DNA of 64,000 bases, taken from positions 1 through 64,000 of IMG/VR virus record IMGVR_UViG_3300036791_000462. One strand, written 5' to 3'. The stretch is from a virus. Each line of letters starts with the position of its first letter. Position 1 is the first letter of the stretch. The notes below the pieces were generated by a model. It was not told where the DNA came from and did not search any database. It was given only the letters and a program-made list of their open reading frames with translations. Shown here piece by piece: positions 20,497 through 31,600 of the stretch. The position numbers and the translations under genes are program-made.

Positions 20497-20852
20497 CAGC
20501 CCTCCTGCCGCTCGCGGAAGACCTGCTCGGCCTCGTACTCGCCGCGCGCCGGATCCATGAAGCTGACGTGCTCGTGGCCGAACTCGCACTTCCACGAGCC
20601 GTGCTCGTTGACGGTCAGCTTCCCGCCGCACTCGATGATCCGGTACAGGTCTTCGGGGAAGTCGGGCTCGGGGTTGCCGGACGCGACCTGGATCAGCCAG
20701 CCGCAGCCGTGCTCCTCCTGCGTGCAGAAGTGCTCGCAGTCCCGGACGTTGATCGTTTCGTACTGTTCGCAGCCGCACGCTGGGCAGTGATCTGAGCCGT
20801 GGTATTGCGCGCCGCAGTGGCAGTAGTCGGTGGTGTCGTATCTCTTGGTCAT
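20496..20852 (-). CDS. Cys-rich hypothetical protein
   Basis: Multiple CxC, CxxC and CxxxH pairs. Confidence 0.65.
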   Translation of the reverse strand: MTKRYDTTDYCHCGAQYHGSDHCPACGCEQYETINVRDCEHFCTQEEHGCGWLIQVASGNPEPDFPEDLYRIIECGGKLTVNEHGSWKCEFGHEHVSFMDPARGEYEAEQVFRERQEG

Positions 20853-20983
20853 CGTGCTCCCGTCGTCGCGGCGATCCAGGCCTCAGCCTCCTCGCGCGTG
20901 TAGCGCGTCGCCTGGAACCAGCCGTCGGAGTCAACGACGATGTAGAACTCGCGGTCCTGTATCACCCGGTAGGTGCGGGTCAT
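20849..20983 (-). CDS. Small hypothetical protein
   Basis: MTRTYRVIQDREFY..; ATGA overlap. Confidence 0.55.
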   Translation of the reverse strand: MTRTYRVIQDREFYIVVDSDGWFQATRYTREEAEAWIAATTGAR

Positions 20984-21126
20984 GCGGTCGCTCCCTTCGT
21001 TTCGACAGCGACGATCTCGCCGAGCGAGCCGACGTACTTGCCGAGCTTCTTGGTCGCGGCGTCGATGCTCGCGGCTTTGATCGAGCGGATCGCGCCGCTG
21101 GCGAAGGTCACCTTCACCTTGATCAT
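20980..21126 (-). CDS. Small hypothetical protein (48 aa, below the ORF-track cutoff)
   Basis: MIKVKVTFASGAIRSIKAAS.., directly after CGACCGAGGAGG. Confidence 0.65.
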   Translation of the reverse strand: MIKVKVTFASGAIRSIKAASIDAATKKLGKYVGSLGEIVAVETKGATA

Positions 21127-21131
21127 CTGGC

Positions 21132-21201
21132 CTCCTCGGTCGGAACATCAGTGGCGAGGGCCTTTCCCTCGCACCAACATCATAGCACAGGTCGTGCGCT
21201 A
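21132..21201 (-). promoter_or_regulatory. Palindrome/-10/hairpin/CGACCGAGGAG element, copy 1
   Basis: TAGCGCACG-A-CCTGTGCTA, -10 TATGAT, hairpin GCGAGGG..CCCTCGC. Confidence 0.8.
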
Positions 21202-24200
21202 GGCGTTGCCGCCGAACCAGTTGTCACACAGCACGGTGCCGTTGCCGAGGATGCCCGGCGAACCGCCCGTGTAGGTGGTGTCCGTGAACGTCTGGATCGT
21301 CGTTCCGTTGAGCGACACGGTGAGCGTCGAGCCGTGCGCCGTCAGCCTCAGCCTGTCGCCGGGGCTCGGCGACGAGGTGTAGCCGGTGCCCAGTTGGGTG
21401 TAGTTGGTGTTGTCGCCCCGGTAGAGGTTGATGCTCCCGGAGATCCAGATGACGACGTACATGCTGAGGAGCGGGTCGGTGGTGCTGTTGGAGGAGCCCT
21501 GCATGCGCACCGCTGGGCCGATGGCGTTCCCCGTGAACGTCAGGGGCGCGGCGATCTCCGAGAAGTGATCGCTGGCGTAGGACTCGCCGGTGCGCAGAAG
21601 GCCCGAGTCGTACCCGCCGAGGGTCTGCGAAAGCTGAAGCTGGTTGCTGACGATGGTGCCCTTGGGCTGCTGGGTGAGCCAGTTGGTCCAAGCAGAACCT
21701 GGGTCGCCGTCGGCACGGTTGAAGTTGTCGGAGTAGACGACCGAGGTGTTGAAGTTCTGGAAGATCGCGTTGGCGTCCGTCTCGGTCGAGTAGTGCCCAG
21801 ACCAGAGCCGCACGAACAGCGAGCCAGTCGGAAACGGGTCGGCGATGCTGAACGCGGTTGTCCAACCGCTCCCGTCCGTTGAGTAGTCCCAGTAGATCGT
21901 GCCGCCCGACTCGCGAATCCGGACCCAGCACGGGCTCGCGGGCAGCGTGATCGGCGTCTGCCCGTGCGTCACACCCGCTGTAGTCCAGTAGATCGGCTCT
22001 ATCTGACGGGTACCGCTCGTCGCAACGAACTGCCACGCTGCCCCGCCTTGAGAGGTGCTGCCTGATGCCACGTCCAGTTCCAGTCCGGTCTGGAACGAGT
22101 TGTTGATTCCGGCTGGCGGCGGCGTCACTTGCACGGCCGCGTTTGACCCGGTCAGCGCCCATGCGTGTCGGGAGACGACCGCCGAGTTGGTGGTGCCTGC
22201 GAGTAACGCCAGCCCACTGCTCGATTCGCTGACGGTCCCGGACGTTCCCCATTTGGTGGTGTCAACAGACGCGCTCGCGAATGCGTCTTGCAGGTTTGCC
22301 ATCGGACTCATGGTGACGGTGGCGGTCGCAGCCGACGCGGCCTGCGCCACCGGCGCGAGCGCGACAGTTCCGGGCACCGCGACCGTAGCTGTGGCGCTCG
22401 CCGCCGCCCGTGCGGTGGGCGTGAGCGGCACAGGTGTCACGGCGGAGGCGTTGCCGCCCTGCCAGTTGTCGCAGGCAGCGGCACCGTTACCAGCGATGCC
22501 TGGAAGGCCACTCGTAAAGCGGGAGTCCGTGGTCGTGATGATCGTGGTGCCGTTCAGCGCCACGGTGAGCGTCGAGCCCAGAACCGTCAGCCTGAGCCTG
22601 TCGCCAGGAGTCGGCGTTGAGGCCACGCCGGTACCAAGCTGGGTGCTGCCACCGGTCGAGTCGGTAACGGCAAACAAGCCGATGTTGCCGCCATACCAGA
22701 TGGCTACGTACATGCCGTTCATCGTGCTCACCATGCGAACCGCTGGACCGATGGCGTTGCCGGTGAAGGTCAAAGGAGCCGCGACCTCGGAGAAGTGATC
22801 CGCGCCGTACGTCTCGCCGCCTGCGTTGCGAAGCAGGCCCGAGTCGCTACCGCCAGCATTGGCGAGCACCAGTTGGTTACTGACGATTGACGCGCGAGCC
22901 TGGGCGCTCCAGGTTTGCCAGTTCGGACCCGGATCACCGTCAGCGCGGTTGAAGTTGTCGCTGTAGGTGATCGCGGGCACGGTGATCGTCGCCGTGGCGC
23001 TCGCCTTCGCTTGCGCAGCGGGCGTGAGCGCCACGATGCCGACCATGCTGCCAACGGCTGGCTCGACCCAGCCTGACTGCCACTCGTGGGTGATGTTCGC
23101 CATCGCGCCGAGGGTGTGGGGAACCCCGAGGGAGGTGAGCAGCGCGTCGTAGTTCGTCACGTCCGCCTGGAAGGCGTTGTAGCCCCCGATCCAGATTCGG
23201 TTGGAGCCGGTGAGCGGTCCGCTGAGCGCCGTGACGTTCGCGGTCGAAAGCTGGTAGTTGGCGGCGAAGTTGGCCTGGTTGCCGAAAATGTCCGCGCCGT
23301 AGTCGTTGTAGTTGACCATGCCCTGGGCGGGGAAGTCCCAGGAGGCTGCCTTGGCGAAGATGTTCGGGAAGCGCAGCAGCAGATCCTGCGCCCCCATGCC
23401 TGAGCGCGAGAAGCCGATCAACAGGTTCTTTTCGCCGCCTGATCCGAACGTGCTTTTGACCCACTGGGTCACGTCGCCGACGAGGTAGGTGACGCGCTGG
23501 TCGCCGGTGTCCGTGATGCTGTTCCCGTACCAGTTCGCACCCGACAGGTTCGCGGCGATGATCGTCAGGTTGTACTTGTTGGCGAGCGCGAGCGGGACGG
23601 CCACGTCGCCCATCGGATCGCCGTAGGTCGCGCTGGGGTAGGCCTCGGTGGTGAGCATGTACAGGAAGTTGTGCGCGAGCCCAGGGTTGGGGGCCGTTGG
23701 CTGGAGCACGCGAACGGCGAGCGGGTTGCCGTCGTTGACGATTGGGGTGGTGGCGTTGTAGGTCGCGACGCCGTTGCCGTCCGTGCTCGCGAACAGGAAC
23801 GAGGCGGGCGGTGCAACCAGCGCTCTCGCTGCCGAGGCTGCGCCTGCGGTCGGAGTCAGCGCCGCCGTGCTGATCTGGGCGGTGACGTTCCCCGCCGCAA
23901 AGTTGTCGGCGGTGCATGTCGGGTAAAGCTGATAGCCCGGCTGCCCGGCGGTGCATCGGCTGTCGTTGACCGAGATCAACTCGGTGTTGTTCGCGCGGAT
24001 CGACAGGCGTGTGCCGTACGCCACCCCCGTGTAGACGGTGTTCGTCGGGTTGGGCGCTCCCGCCCCGCTGTTCTGGCAGTTCACGCTTGCGAGCGCCACC
24101 GAGTTTTGTCCGGCCTGGATGAAGTAGATCCGGAAGACCCGGCCCGGCATGAAGTAGCAGTACATGTAGCCGGTGGTCCCGTTCCACCGCAGAATCACAC

Positions 24201-25260
24201 CGATGAACGCGGAGCCTCCCAGCGTCGGCGGGACCGACCCAACACCGATCTGCGCCCACTGGTCGGGGCCGTAGGCTTCGTTGCGCTGCGCGGTGCGGTG
24301 ACCGCTTGAGCCTGAGATGTTGAGTTCGTTGGCAACGATGGTCCCGTCGGTGCTGACAACGCCCGAGAAGCTGACGGTGACGGGCGTCCACATTGACTGG
24401 CCCGCCGAGGCGTTCCCGTTGGCGCGGTTGAAGTTGTCAGAGCCAATCGCCGGGCCGAGCGTCGCGCCCATCGTCGCGTTCCCGCACGCGAAGTTGTCGA
24501 GCGTCATCGTCCCGAACGTGGTGATGCCCGGCGAGCCACCGGCGGGGATGTGGTCGTCCACAACCGCCAGTTGTGGGACGCCGTTGATCGACCCGACGAG
24601 CACGTCGCCGATCACGTAGAACTGCAGGGCGGTGCCGACCGCGAGCGCCCCGGCCAGTTGCACACCGTCGATCAGGGTGTAGGCCCCGACGTTGGTGCGG
24701 TAGTAGAAGTTCAGGACCGGCTGGGAGCCGTTGAAGTAGTAGAGCAGCGCGTATTCGGCGTTGGTGGAGACGTTGTGGCGCAGCGTCAGCCCGACGAAGT
24801 CGTTGACGACGTTGTTGACGGACCCAACGGTGCCCTGCGCAAACTGGTCGCCGCTGTAGGTTTCGCCTGAGCGATAGGCCCCCGCAAGCGACGCGCCGAC
24901 GCCGGACGCTTCGTTGGTGGCGATCACCGCGTTGCCGTCGCCGGTCGCTGTCCACCCGTTCGAGCCGCCGAGCGGCCCGTTGGCACGCTGGAAGTTGTCG
25001 GCGAAAAGCTGGTTCAGCGTCAGTTGCGGAAGCAGCGTCGGGAAGCTGACCGTCGCTGTCGCGGCCGACACCGCGCTCGCGTGCGGGCTCAGGTGCGCAG
25101 CGCCGGGGATGATCACCGCCAGGGTTGCCTGCGTCACCGCCCGCGCGACGACCGTCAGCGCAACCGGGCCGGGCTGCGGAGGAAGCACGGGGGCGGGAGG
25201 TAGCGTTGCCACCGTCGGCTGGGGCGTAAAGAGGACGAACACCCCAGAGCGGTCGATCAT
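21199..25260 (-). CDS. Large virion-appendage protein with four [SA]DNFxRAxG beta-modules and an alpha/beta-hydrolase (esterase) domain
   Basis: ATGA-coupled start MIDRSG; repeated modules; GFSRSG nucleophile elbow and THEW near 23050-23790. Confidence 0.7.
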   Translation of the reverse strand: MIDRSGVFVLFTPQPTVATLPPAPVLPPQPGPVALTVVARAVTQATLAVIIPGAAHLSPHASAVSAATATVSFPTLLPQLTLNQLFADNFQRANGPLGGSNGWTATGDGNAVIATNEASGVGASLAGAYRSGETYSGDQFAQGTVGSVNNVVNDFVGLTLRHNVSTNAEYALLYYFNGSQPVLNFYYRTNVGAYTLIDGVQLAGALAVGTALQFYVIGDVLVGSINGVPQLAVVDDHIPAGGSPGITTFGTMTLDNFACGNATMGATLGPAIGSDNFNRANGNASAGQSMWTPVTVSFSGVVSTDGTIVANELNISGSSGHRTAQRNEAYGPDQWAQIGVGSVPPTLGGSAFIGVILRWNGTTGYMYCYFMPGRVFRIYFIQAGQNSVALASVNCQNSGAGAPNPTNTVYTGVAYGTRLSIRANNTELISVNDSRCTAGQPGYQLYPTCTADNFAAGNVTAQISTAALTPTAGAASAARALVAPPASFLFASTDGNGVATYNATTPIVNDGNPLAVRVLQPTAPNPGLAHNFLYMLTTEAYPSATYGDPMGDVAVPLALANKYNLTIIAANLSGANWYGNSITDTGDQRVTYLVGDVTQWVKSTFGSGGEKNLLIGFSRSGMGAQDLLLRFPNIFAKAASWDFPAQGMVNYNDYGADIFGNQANFAANYQLSTANVTALSGPLTGSNRIWIGGYNAFQADVTNYDALLTSLGVPHTLGAMANITHEWQSGWVEPAVGSMVGIVALTPAAQAKASATATITVPAITYSDNFNRADGDPGPNWQTWSAQARASIVSNQLVLANAGGSDSGLLRNAGGETYGADHFSEVAAPLTFTGNAIGPAVRMVSTMNGMYVAIWYGGNIGLFAVTDSTGGSTQLGTGVASTPTPGDRLRLTVLGSTLTVALNGTTIITTTDSRFTSGLPGIAGNGAAACDNWQGGNASAVTPVPLTPTARAAASATATVAVPGTVALAPVAQAASAATATVTMSPMANLQDAFASASVDTTKWGTSGTVSESSSGLALLAGTTNSAVVSRHAWALTGSNAAVQVTPPPAGINNSFQTGLELDVASGSTSQGGAAWQFVATSGTRQIEPIYWTTAGVTHGQTPITLPASPCWVRIRESGGTIYWDYSTDGSGWTTAFSIADPFPTGSLFVRLWSGHYSTETDANAIFQNFNTSVVYSDNFNRADGDPGSAWTNWLTQQPKGTIVSNQLQLSQTLGGYDSGLLRTGESYASDHFSEIAAPLTFTGNAIGPAVRMQGSSNSTTDPLLSMYVVIWISGSINLYRGDNTNYTQLGTGYTSSPSPGDRLRLTAHGSTLTVSLNGTTIQTFTDTTYTGGSPGILGNGTVLCDNWFGGNA

Positions 25261-25637
25261 GCTGCTCCAGGTAGCGAAAGGTTGCCGAGGATCTGGACTT
25301 CGAGGTAGCTGTCGCTCGGGACGCGGGCGTACACCTGATCGTTGATGTCGTAGAGCGCAAACTCCACGTCGTAGATCCCGGCGGTCGCGGTGTCGGCCGG
25401 GATCCAGTCGTACTCGCACCAGCCGACGTTCGTGCCGGTGATCGCGTCGCCCTGCTGAAGCACGTTCGCTTCGGCATCGGTGGTCGGTGTCGCCCCACCG
25501 CGCTGGCGCATCACAAAGTGAACGTGGTCGGCCTGGCTGAGGTCCACCGGGGTTTTGTCGGCCTGGCTGAGAAGCACCCGGTATGGCGGCGAGGTGGCTC
25601 CCTGCTTGATCGTGAACGGGCCGGTCAAGAACGCCAT
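25257..25637 (-). CDS. BppU-like Ig-fold virion protein
   Basis: FTIKQGATSP..PVDLS..YDWIPADTATAGIYDVEF..VPSDSYLEV. Confidence 0.7.
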   Translation of the reverse strand: MAFLTGPFTIKQGATSPPYRVLLSQADKTPVDLSQADHVHFVMRQRGGATPTTDAEANVLQQGDAITGTNVGWCEYDWIPADTATAGIYDVEFALYDINDQVYARVPSDSYLEVQILGNLSLPGAA

Positions 25638-25675
25638 ACCCGGCATGCTAAGAGCGACTCGGGACGCTCCCCCAC

Positions 25676-28600
25676 TTAGCTTTCGACGCCCGCGAGCATC
25701 CCCGTGTCGATGGTGGGTTGCGCGACGACCTCAAGATCTTCGACGCTGGCGCTGTACCGGCTCAGCAGCACCGTCGTGTACATCCTCAGGTCCACGACGG
25801 CGGCACTGGTGACGCTCGCGACCACTGACGCGCTGAGCGGCGGCTGCAGCGTCGTCAGGAGCGGCGCGACCAGGATCAGGGTCGCGCGAGTGGCTGCTGT
25901 CGCCGTCGCGAAGATCGAGGTTTGCCCTGCGACCGTCATCCTCGCCTGGGTCGCTGCCTGAGCGACGGGCACGAGCGCGACGACGGTGGGAACCTCGACC
26001 GTCGCGCTGGCTCTAGACGCCGCGCTGGCAGCGGGCGCGAGGAAGGCGGCTGTCAAAACACTCGCGGCAGCGGAGGTTTGCGCGCTGGCTGAGAGCACCA
26101 TCCGCACCCTCACGGCAACGGTCGCGGTCGCGGCAGCGGTGGCTCCCGCGCGTGCGAGCAGCGGCACCGCCCCGGCGGTCGCGAACATCACCGCCTGCGT
26201 CTGCGCAAGCGCGTCAGCGGTCAGTGCGACGGGCGCGGTTGTTAGGCTGACCGCCTGCGTCTGCGCCTGGGCGTGCGCCGCGAACTGCACTGGGGCAGTG
26301 AGTGCGGCCTGCGCCTGGGTGGCGGCAGCGGCCCTGGGGCTCAGGATGCTGCCGAGGATCACCGCCGCCAGCGCCTGGCTGCTTGCTGTAGCGCTGAGGT
26401 TCAGCAGGCTCGCGGCACGTGTCGCCGCCAGCGCCTGGCTGCTTGCCCCGGCGACCGGCGCGATGCTGACAACGTTCGCGACGCCCACGGCCATCGTCGC
26501 CTGGGTGGTTGCGGCGGCGCTTGGTGCAAGCTGGACGGCGGGGATGACCGTCGCGGTCGCTTGGGCTGCGGCGCTCGCTGCGGCGCTCAGCCGCATCGGG
26601 GCCTGAAGCTGAGCGGTGGCCTGCGTCACAGCACCGGCGGCGGCAGCGAGCTTCGTGGCGGCACTCAGGGGTGCTTGCGCCTGGGTGGCTGCCTGAGCGG
26701 TCACGATCAGCGCCGTCGCGGCAGTAAGCGGCGCGAGCGCCTGGGTGCTGGCGGCGGCGCTCAACGTCAGGAACGCGACGCCGGGCACCTGCATCCCGCT
26801 TGTCGCCTGCGACGCAGCCGTGGCAGTCAGAGAAAGCTGGACGGTAACGACAACGGTCGCGAGCGCCTGCGTGGAAGCTGCCGCCGTTGGCGCGATTGGC
26901 CGGGCGGGAATGACCGTCGCCTGCGCTTGTGATGTCGCCTGGGCGGTTGGGACGAGCAGCGTCGGGGCGTTGAGTACGCCAGTCGCAGCGGTTGCTGCCT
27001 GGGCGGTTAGGGCCAGCGCCTGCGCAGCTACCGGGATCGTGATCGTCGCGCTCGCCTGCGTCGCCGCCCCGGCCGTGGCGGTGACAGCCACGGGCGCGGC
27101 GTTGATGCTCTGGACGACCGCGTAGGGCACCACGACCGGCGCGGCATTGCCCGGATCGGTCTGGACGTAGAGCCCCACGATGTCGAGCCCCTTGACGTAG
27201 GGTGCCCACGCAAGTGGCGACCCTGCCGCCTCTGTCCACGCCACTGCGTCGGGCGAATACTCCATGTGTAGGTAGCCGTCGCCCGACTCCCTGACCCGCA
27301 GCCAGATGCTTCGGTCGGCGGCGAACGCGGACGACGGAATCCCGTTGCCCGACCCGCCGGGGCTGCTGAAGCTGGCGCACCACCAGTCGCCACCAGCCTT
27401 CGGACCGCCCGCCGCAGCACTCTGGTCGTAGAACTCGAAACCGACGCTGTTGGCGTCCCACGTCTGAATCTGGAAGTACGACCACGGCGGGTTATTCGAG
27501 TCGCCTGGTGTGAAGCGCAGGTACACCGCCGAGTTCGTGAGCCGGTACCAGTTCAGCGTCTGCATCCACTCGCCGCTGGTACCGCCCGAGTTCAACTGCA
27601 CCTGCCCGTTGCCTATCGGAGTCGCGCCATCGCCACTGAAGCTCCACTGGCTCAGGTCGTTGAAGGCATCCCTGAAGCCCGAGATCGGACCGAGGACCGG
27701 AAAGACGTGGCACGTCGCCTTCGTCTTTGCTGTCGCGCTCACCGTGAGCGGCTGTGCAACGACCGGGATCGTGACCGTCGCGACTGCCTGCGTGGCTGCT
27801 CCTGCCTGCACGATGATCGACGCCGCTCCGGTAACGACCGCGACTGTCAAAGCACTCGACGCGAGCGCGGTCGCTGTCAGCGGCTGCTGAGCGGCGACGA
27901 GCCCAGTCGCCTGGGTGCGCGCGGCAGTATTCGCGATCAGCAAGCTCGGCGCGGTGAGCGCGACCGTCGCCTGCGTCGCAGCGTTCGCGACAGCCGTCAG
28001 CGGAACGCCGCCGACGGACATGGTCGCCAGCGCGCTCGTCGCTGCGTACGCTGCTACGCCGCCGACGCCCGCCACGGTGCCCGCGCTGTAGTGGGCGAGC
28101 ACCTGCGTCGGCGTCAACACGTAGTTGTAGATCGCAGCCTCGTCCAGGACGCCGTCGAAGAACTGGGTGGTGCCGGTACCCCCCCAGCCGACCATCAGGT
28201 CGTGGCTCTGGTCGGAGACTGTGAGCGTCGTGTCACCAAGCGTCGTCACTGCTGCGCCATCGACGTACATCACGCATCCGTTCGCGACTCCGGACCGGAA
28301 CGTGAGCACCACATGGTGGGCGTTGCCATCGTTGAGATTCGGCCCGTTGGTGCCGTACCCGCCGCCGCCGCTGTTGAAGAACGCGAACCCGGTCCAGTCG
28401 AAAGCGTCGATGTAGCCGTTCGGATTGACGAAAATCCCGAATCCGTACTGCTTTACGATCACCGCCTGCAACTGGCCGCTCGGCGGCGGCGAGGCCAGCT
28501 TGAACCAGCCCTCGACAGATCCCGTGGTGAGTTGGAACGCGCTGGGATTGCCGCAATCGACGTAGCCGCTCGTGCCGTCGAACGTCGTTGCCTTGTCGGG

Positions 28601-31600
28601 GTCCGACGGGAGCAGGCCGGGCTGGCTCTGCGTGTACCCGCCGGTGTATGTACCGGGATCGCCGGAACCCGAGGAATCGACGGCGGTGGTAGTCGTGTCG
28701 TCCAGCCGCCAGTAGCCGGTCGGCGCGTCGGACAACACCGTGGCCCGGTAGTTGGCGGTCGGCGCTCCACCCAGCAGGACAGCGGCGGTAGTGAAGCCAT
28801 GGGCGCTCGTCGTCGCTTGCGCCGAGAGCGAAAGCGTGACCGCCCCGGTAACCACGACCGTCAGAGCGCTCGACGCGCGGGCGGTCGCTGTAAGCGGCTG
28901 CGGAGCAGTGACGAACGCGGTCGCCTGGGTGATCGCGACAGCGGTCGCGGTCAGCAGGCTCGAAGCGGTAAGCGTGACCGTCGCCTGCGTCACGGCGTTC
29001 GCTACGGCCGTCAGCGGAATGCCGCCGACGGACACGGTTGCGAGCGCCTGCGTAGCCGCTTGCGCGCTCGGAGCCAGCACGCTCGCGGTAGTCAGCGACA
29101 CGCTCGCGGCCGACGTGGCCCCGGCCGTCAGAGCGAGCTTCACCGCTGCGGTGACCGCAACGGTTGCGCTCGTGGTAGCCCCAGCGCTTGCGCTCAGCGC
29201 CGTAGCGGCGCGCAGGACAACAGTCGCCTGGGACGCCGTCGCAGCGGTTGGTGTGAGCAATGACGGCGCGCTCAGAACCGTCGTTGCTTGTGCTGTCGCC
29301 CCGGCGGTTGGAGCAAGCGCCTGGGCGGTGATCGTCGTGACCGTGGCAGTGGCCGCACTCGCGGCCTGAGCGGCGGTCGCCGCAACAACATTGCCGCCGG
29401 ACCAGTTGTCGCCCGTCGCGGTGTTGCTGAAGATGATGATTCCGGGAGCGCCGCCGCTCGGGAACTGGGTGTCGGTCGTCGTCAGCGCCAACGCACCGTT
29501 CTGGTACAGCGACAGCGTCGAGCCCACCACGCTCAGCATCAGCGTGGTGCCCGCTGGCAGCGGGGTCGCGCCGAGCACCGTCGTCGCTAGCGTCGAGCCT
29601 GTGCCTGACACCCGCTTGCCGATCCGCAGTTCGTAGCTGCCGCCGTTGTTGAAGTAGATGAACCGGTAGAGGTTCTGGCCGGTAGCGAGGTCGGCGCGCA
29701 CGCAGGTTCCGATCCAGTCGCTGAGCCCAGGCGGCGTTTCGACCTGGATCTGTGACCACTGGTCGTTGCCGTAAGTCTCGCCGCGAAGGATCTCGTGCCA
29801 GGTCGCGCTGGTCACGCCTTTGATCTGTTGGGAGACGATCACCGGCGCGGCGTCGAACCCGGTGACCCAGCCACCACCGACAGCGCCGTCGGCACGATTG
29901 AAGTCGTCGGAGGCGACTTGCACATTCCCCCCGGCCGCGCCACCGGGTTGCAACCAGACGGGCGCGGTGAGCGGAGCCAGCGCCTGTGTCGCAGCACTCG
30001 CTGTCGGCGTCAGTAGCTGAGCGGTCGGCGCAGTAACGGTGGCGGTCGCCTGGCTGGCTGCGCCAGCGGTCGGGGTCAGCCGCGTAGCGGCGAAGACCGT
30101 TGCGGTCGCTGCAGACGCAGTCCCGGCGCTCGCTGTGAGCTTCGCTGCGGCGGTTGTGGCAGCGAGCGCCTGGCTGGCCGCACCGGCCACTGGCGCGATT
30201 GGTATTGCGGTCGGCGCTGTGACGGTGGCGGTCGCCTGGCTCGCGGCCCTGGCGACCGGGGCCATGTACGGCTGACCCGTACCGATGCCGTAGTGGGTGG
30301 CAACCTGCGCCGCGCTCAGCACAACGCCGTAGACAGCAACCTCGTCAATCGAGCCCTGGAAGTTGCTGCCACTGCCGGGGTTGCGGTCGAAGATGCAGAG
30401 CGCGCCGTTGGTCGCGATTGAGTTCGCGGTCGCTGCCGCCGTCCCGACCTGTACGCCGTTGATGTAGCACTTCAGCACGGTCGCCGGGTCGTAGGTCATG
30501 ACGATGTGCTGCGTCACTCCAACCTGCGCGACAGGCGAGTTGACTGCGGTTGTGATTCGCGCCGCAGCGGAGTCGAAGACGTTGAACTCCCAGCGCCCAT
30601 CACCGGTCTGGTAGTGGCGGATGTACCACAACTGGTCGCTGCCACGAGAGATGACCTGCGGGCTGCCGCTGGCCGGTATCCCCGAGGGCTTGACCCACGC
30701 TTCGACGGTCAGCGCGGTGGTCACGTCCAGGCTGGCGCTCGTCGGGATGTTGATGTAGCTGGTGGTGCTGCCGAACGCGGGAGCGTTGCTCGCGGCGGCG
30801 TCTGCGCTGTTCGTAATCAAGCCGCCCGCGTTGTAGGCGATGCTCGACCCGACCGTGGTCGATGGGTTGGTGCCCTTTGAGTCCTGGAACTGGCCGGACG
30901 TTTCATCGAGCCGCCAGTAGGAGATCAGCCCCGCTTCGGACAGAATCAGGTCGCGGTAGGCGGTGGTCGGGATGATGACGTTCGCCGCCGCCTGGCTGGC
31001 CGCCCCGGCGGTAGCGTTCAAAGGCTGCGCTACCGGTGGAACGTTGAAGTTGTCAAAGGTGGCGTTGGTGTCAGTCTCAGCCGCGTAGTACCCCGCCCAA
31101 AGCTGCGGGAACATCGCACCGGTCGGGAACGGATCGGCGATGCTGAACTGGTTCGTCCAGTTGACCGCGTCCGTCGAGTAGTCCCAGTAGAGCGTCCCGG
31201 CCGACTCGCGGATCCGAACCCAGAGCGTGCTGGCTGGCAGCGTGATCGCGGTCTGCAGGTGCGACGTGCCTCCCGTGTCCCAGTAGACCGGCTGTATCTG
31301 CCGCGTGCCGCTGGTCGCGACGAACTCCCACGCCGCGCCGCCCTGGCTGTTCGAGCCCTGTGCAATGTCGATCTCGACACCGGTCTGAAACGAGTTGTTG
31401 GTACCAGCCGGTGGCGGCGTCACCTGCGCGAGCATGCTTGAGCCAGTCAGCACCCACGGTCGCTGGGCGATAACCCCCGAGTAGGCGGTCGTCGCGAGCA
31501 CCGCCAAGGTGCCGCCCGACTCGGTGACGGTGCCGTACGTCGTCCACTTGCCGGTGTCAACAGACGCGCCCGAGAACGTGTCGGTCAGCGTCGCCAGCGG

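Noticed and set aside
21199-22970. Diversity-generating retroelement suggested by the duplicated C-terminal modules
   Set aside because: Both copies are in-frame coding, the differences include indels and do not look adenine-specific, and no reverse transcriptase is present in the window.
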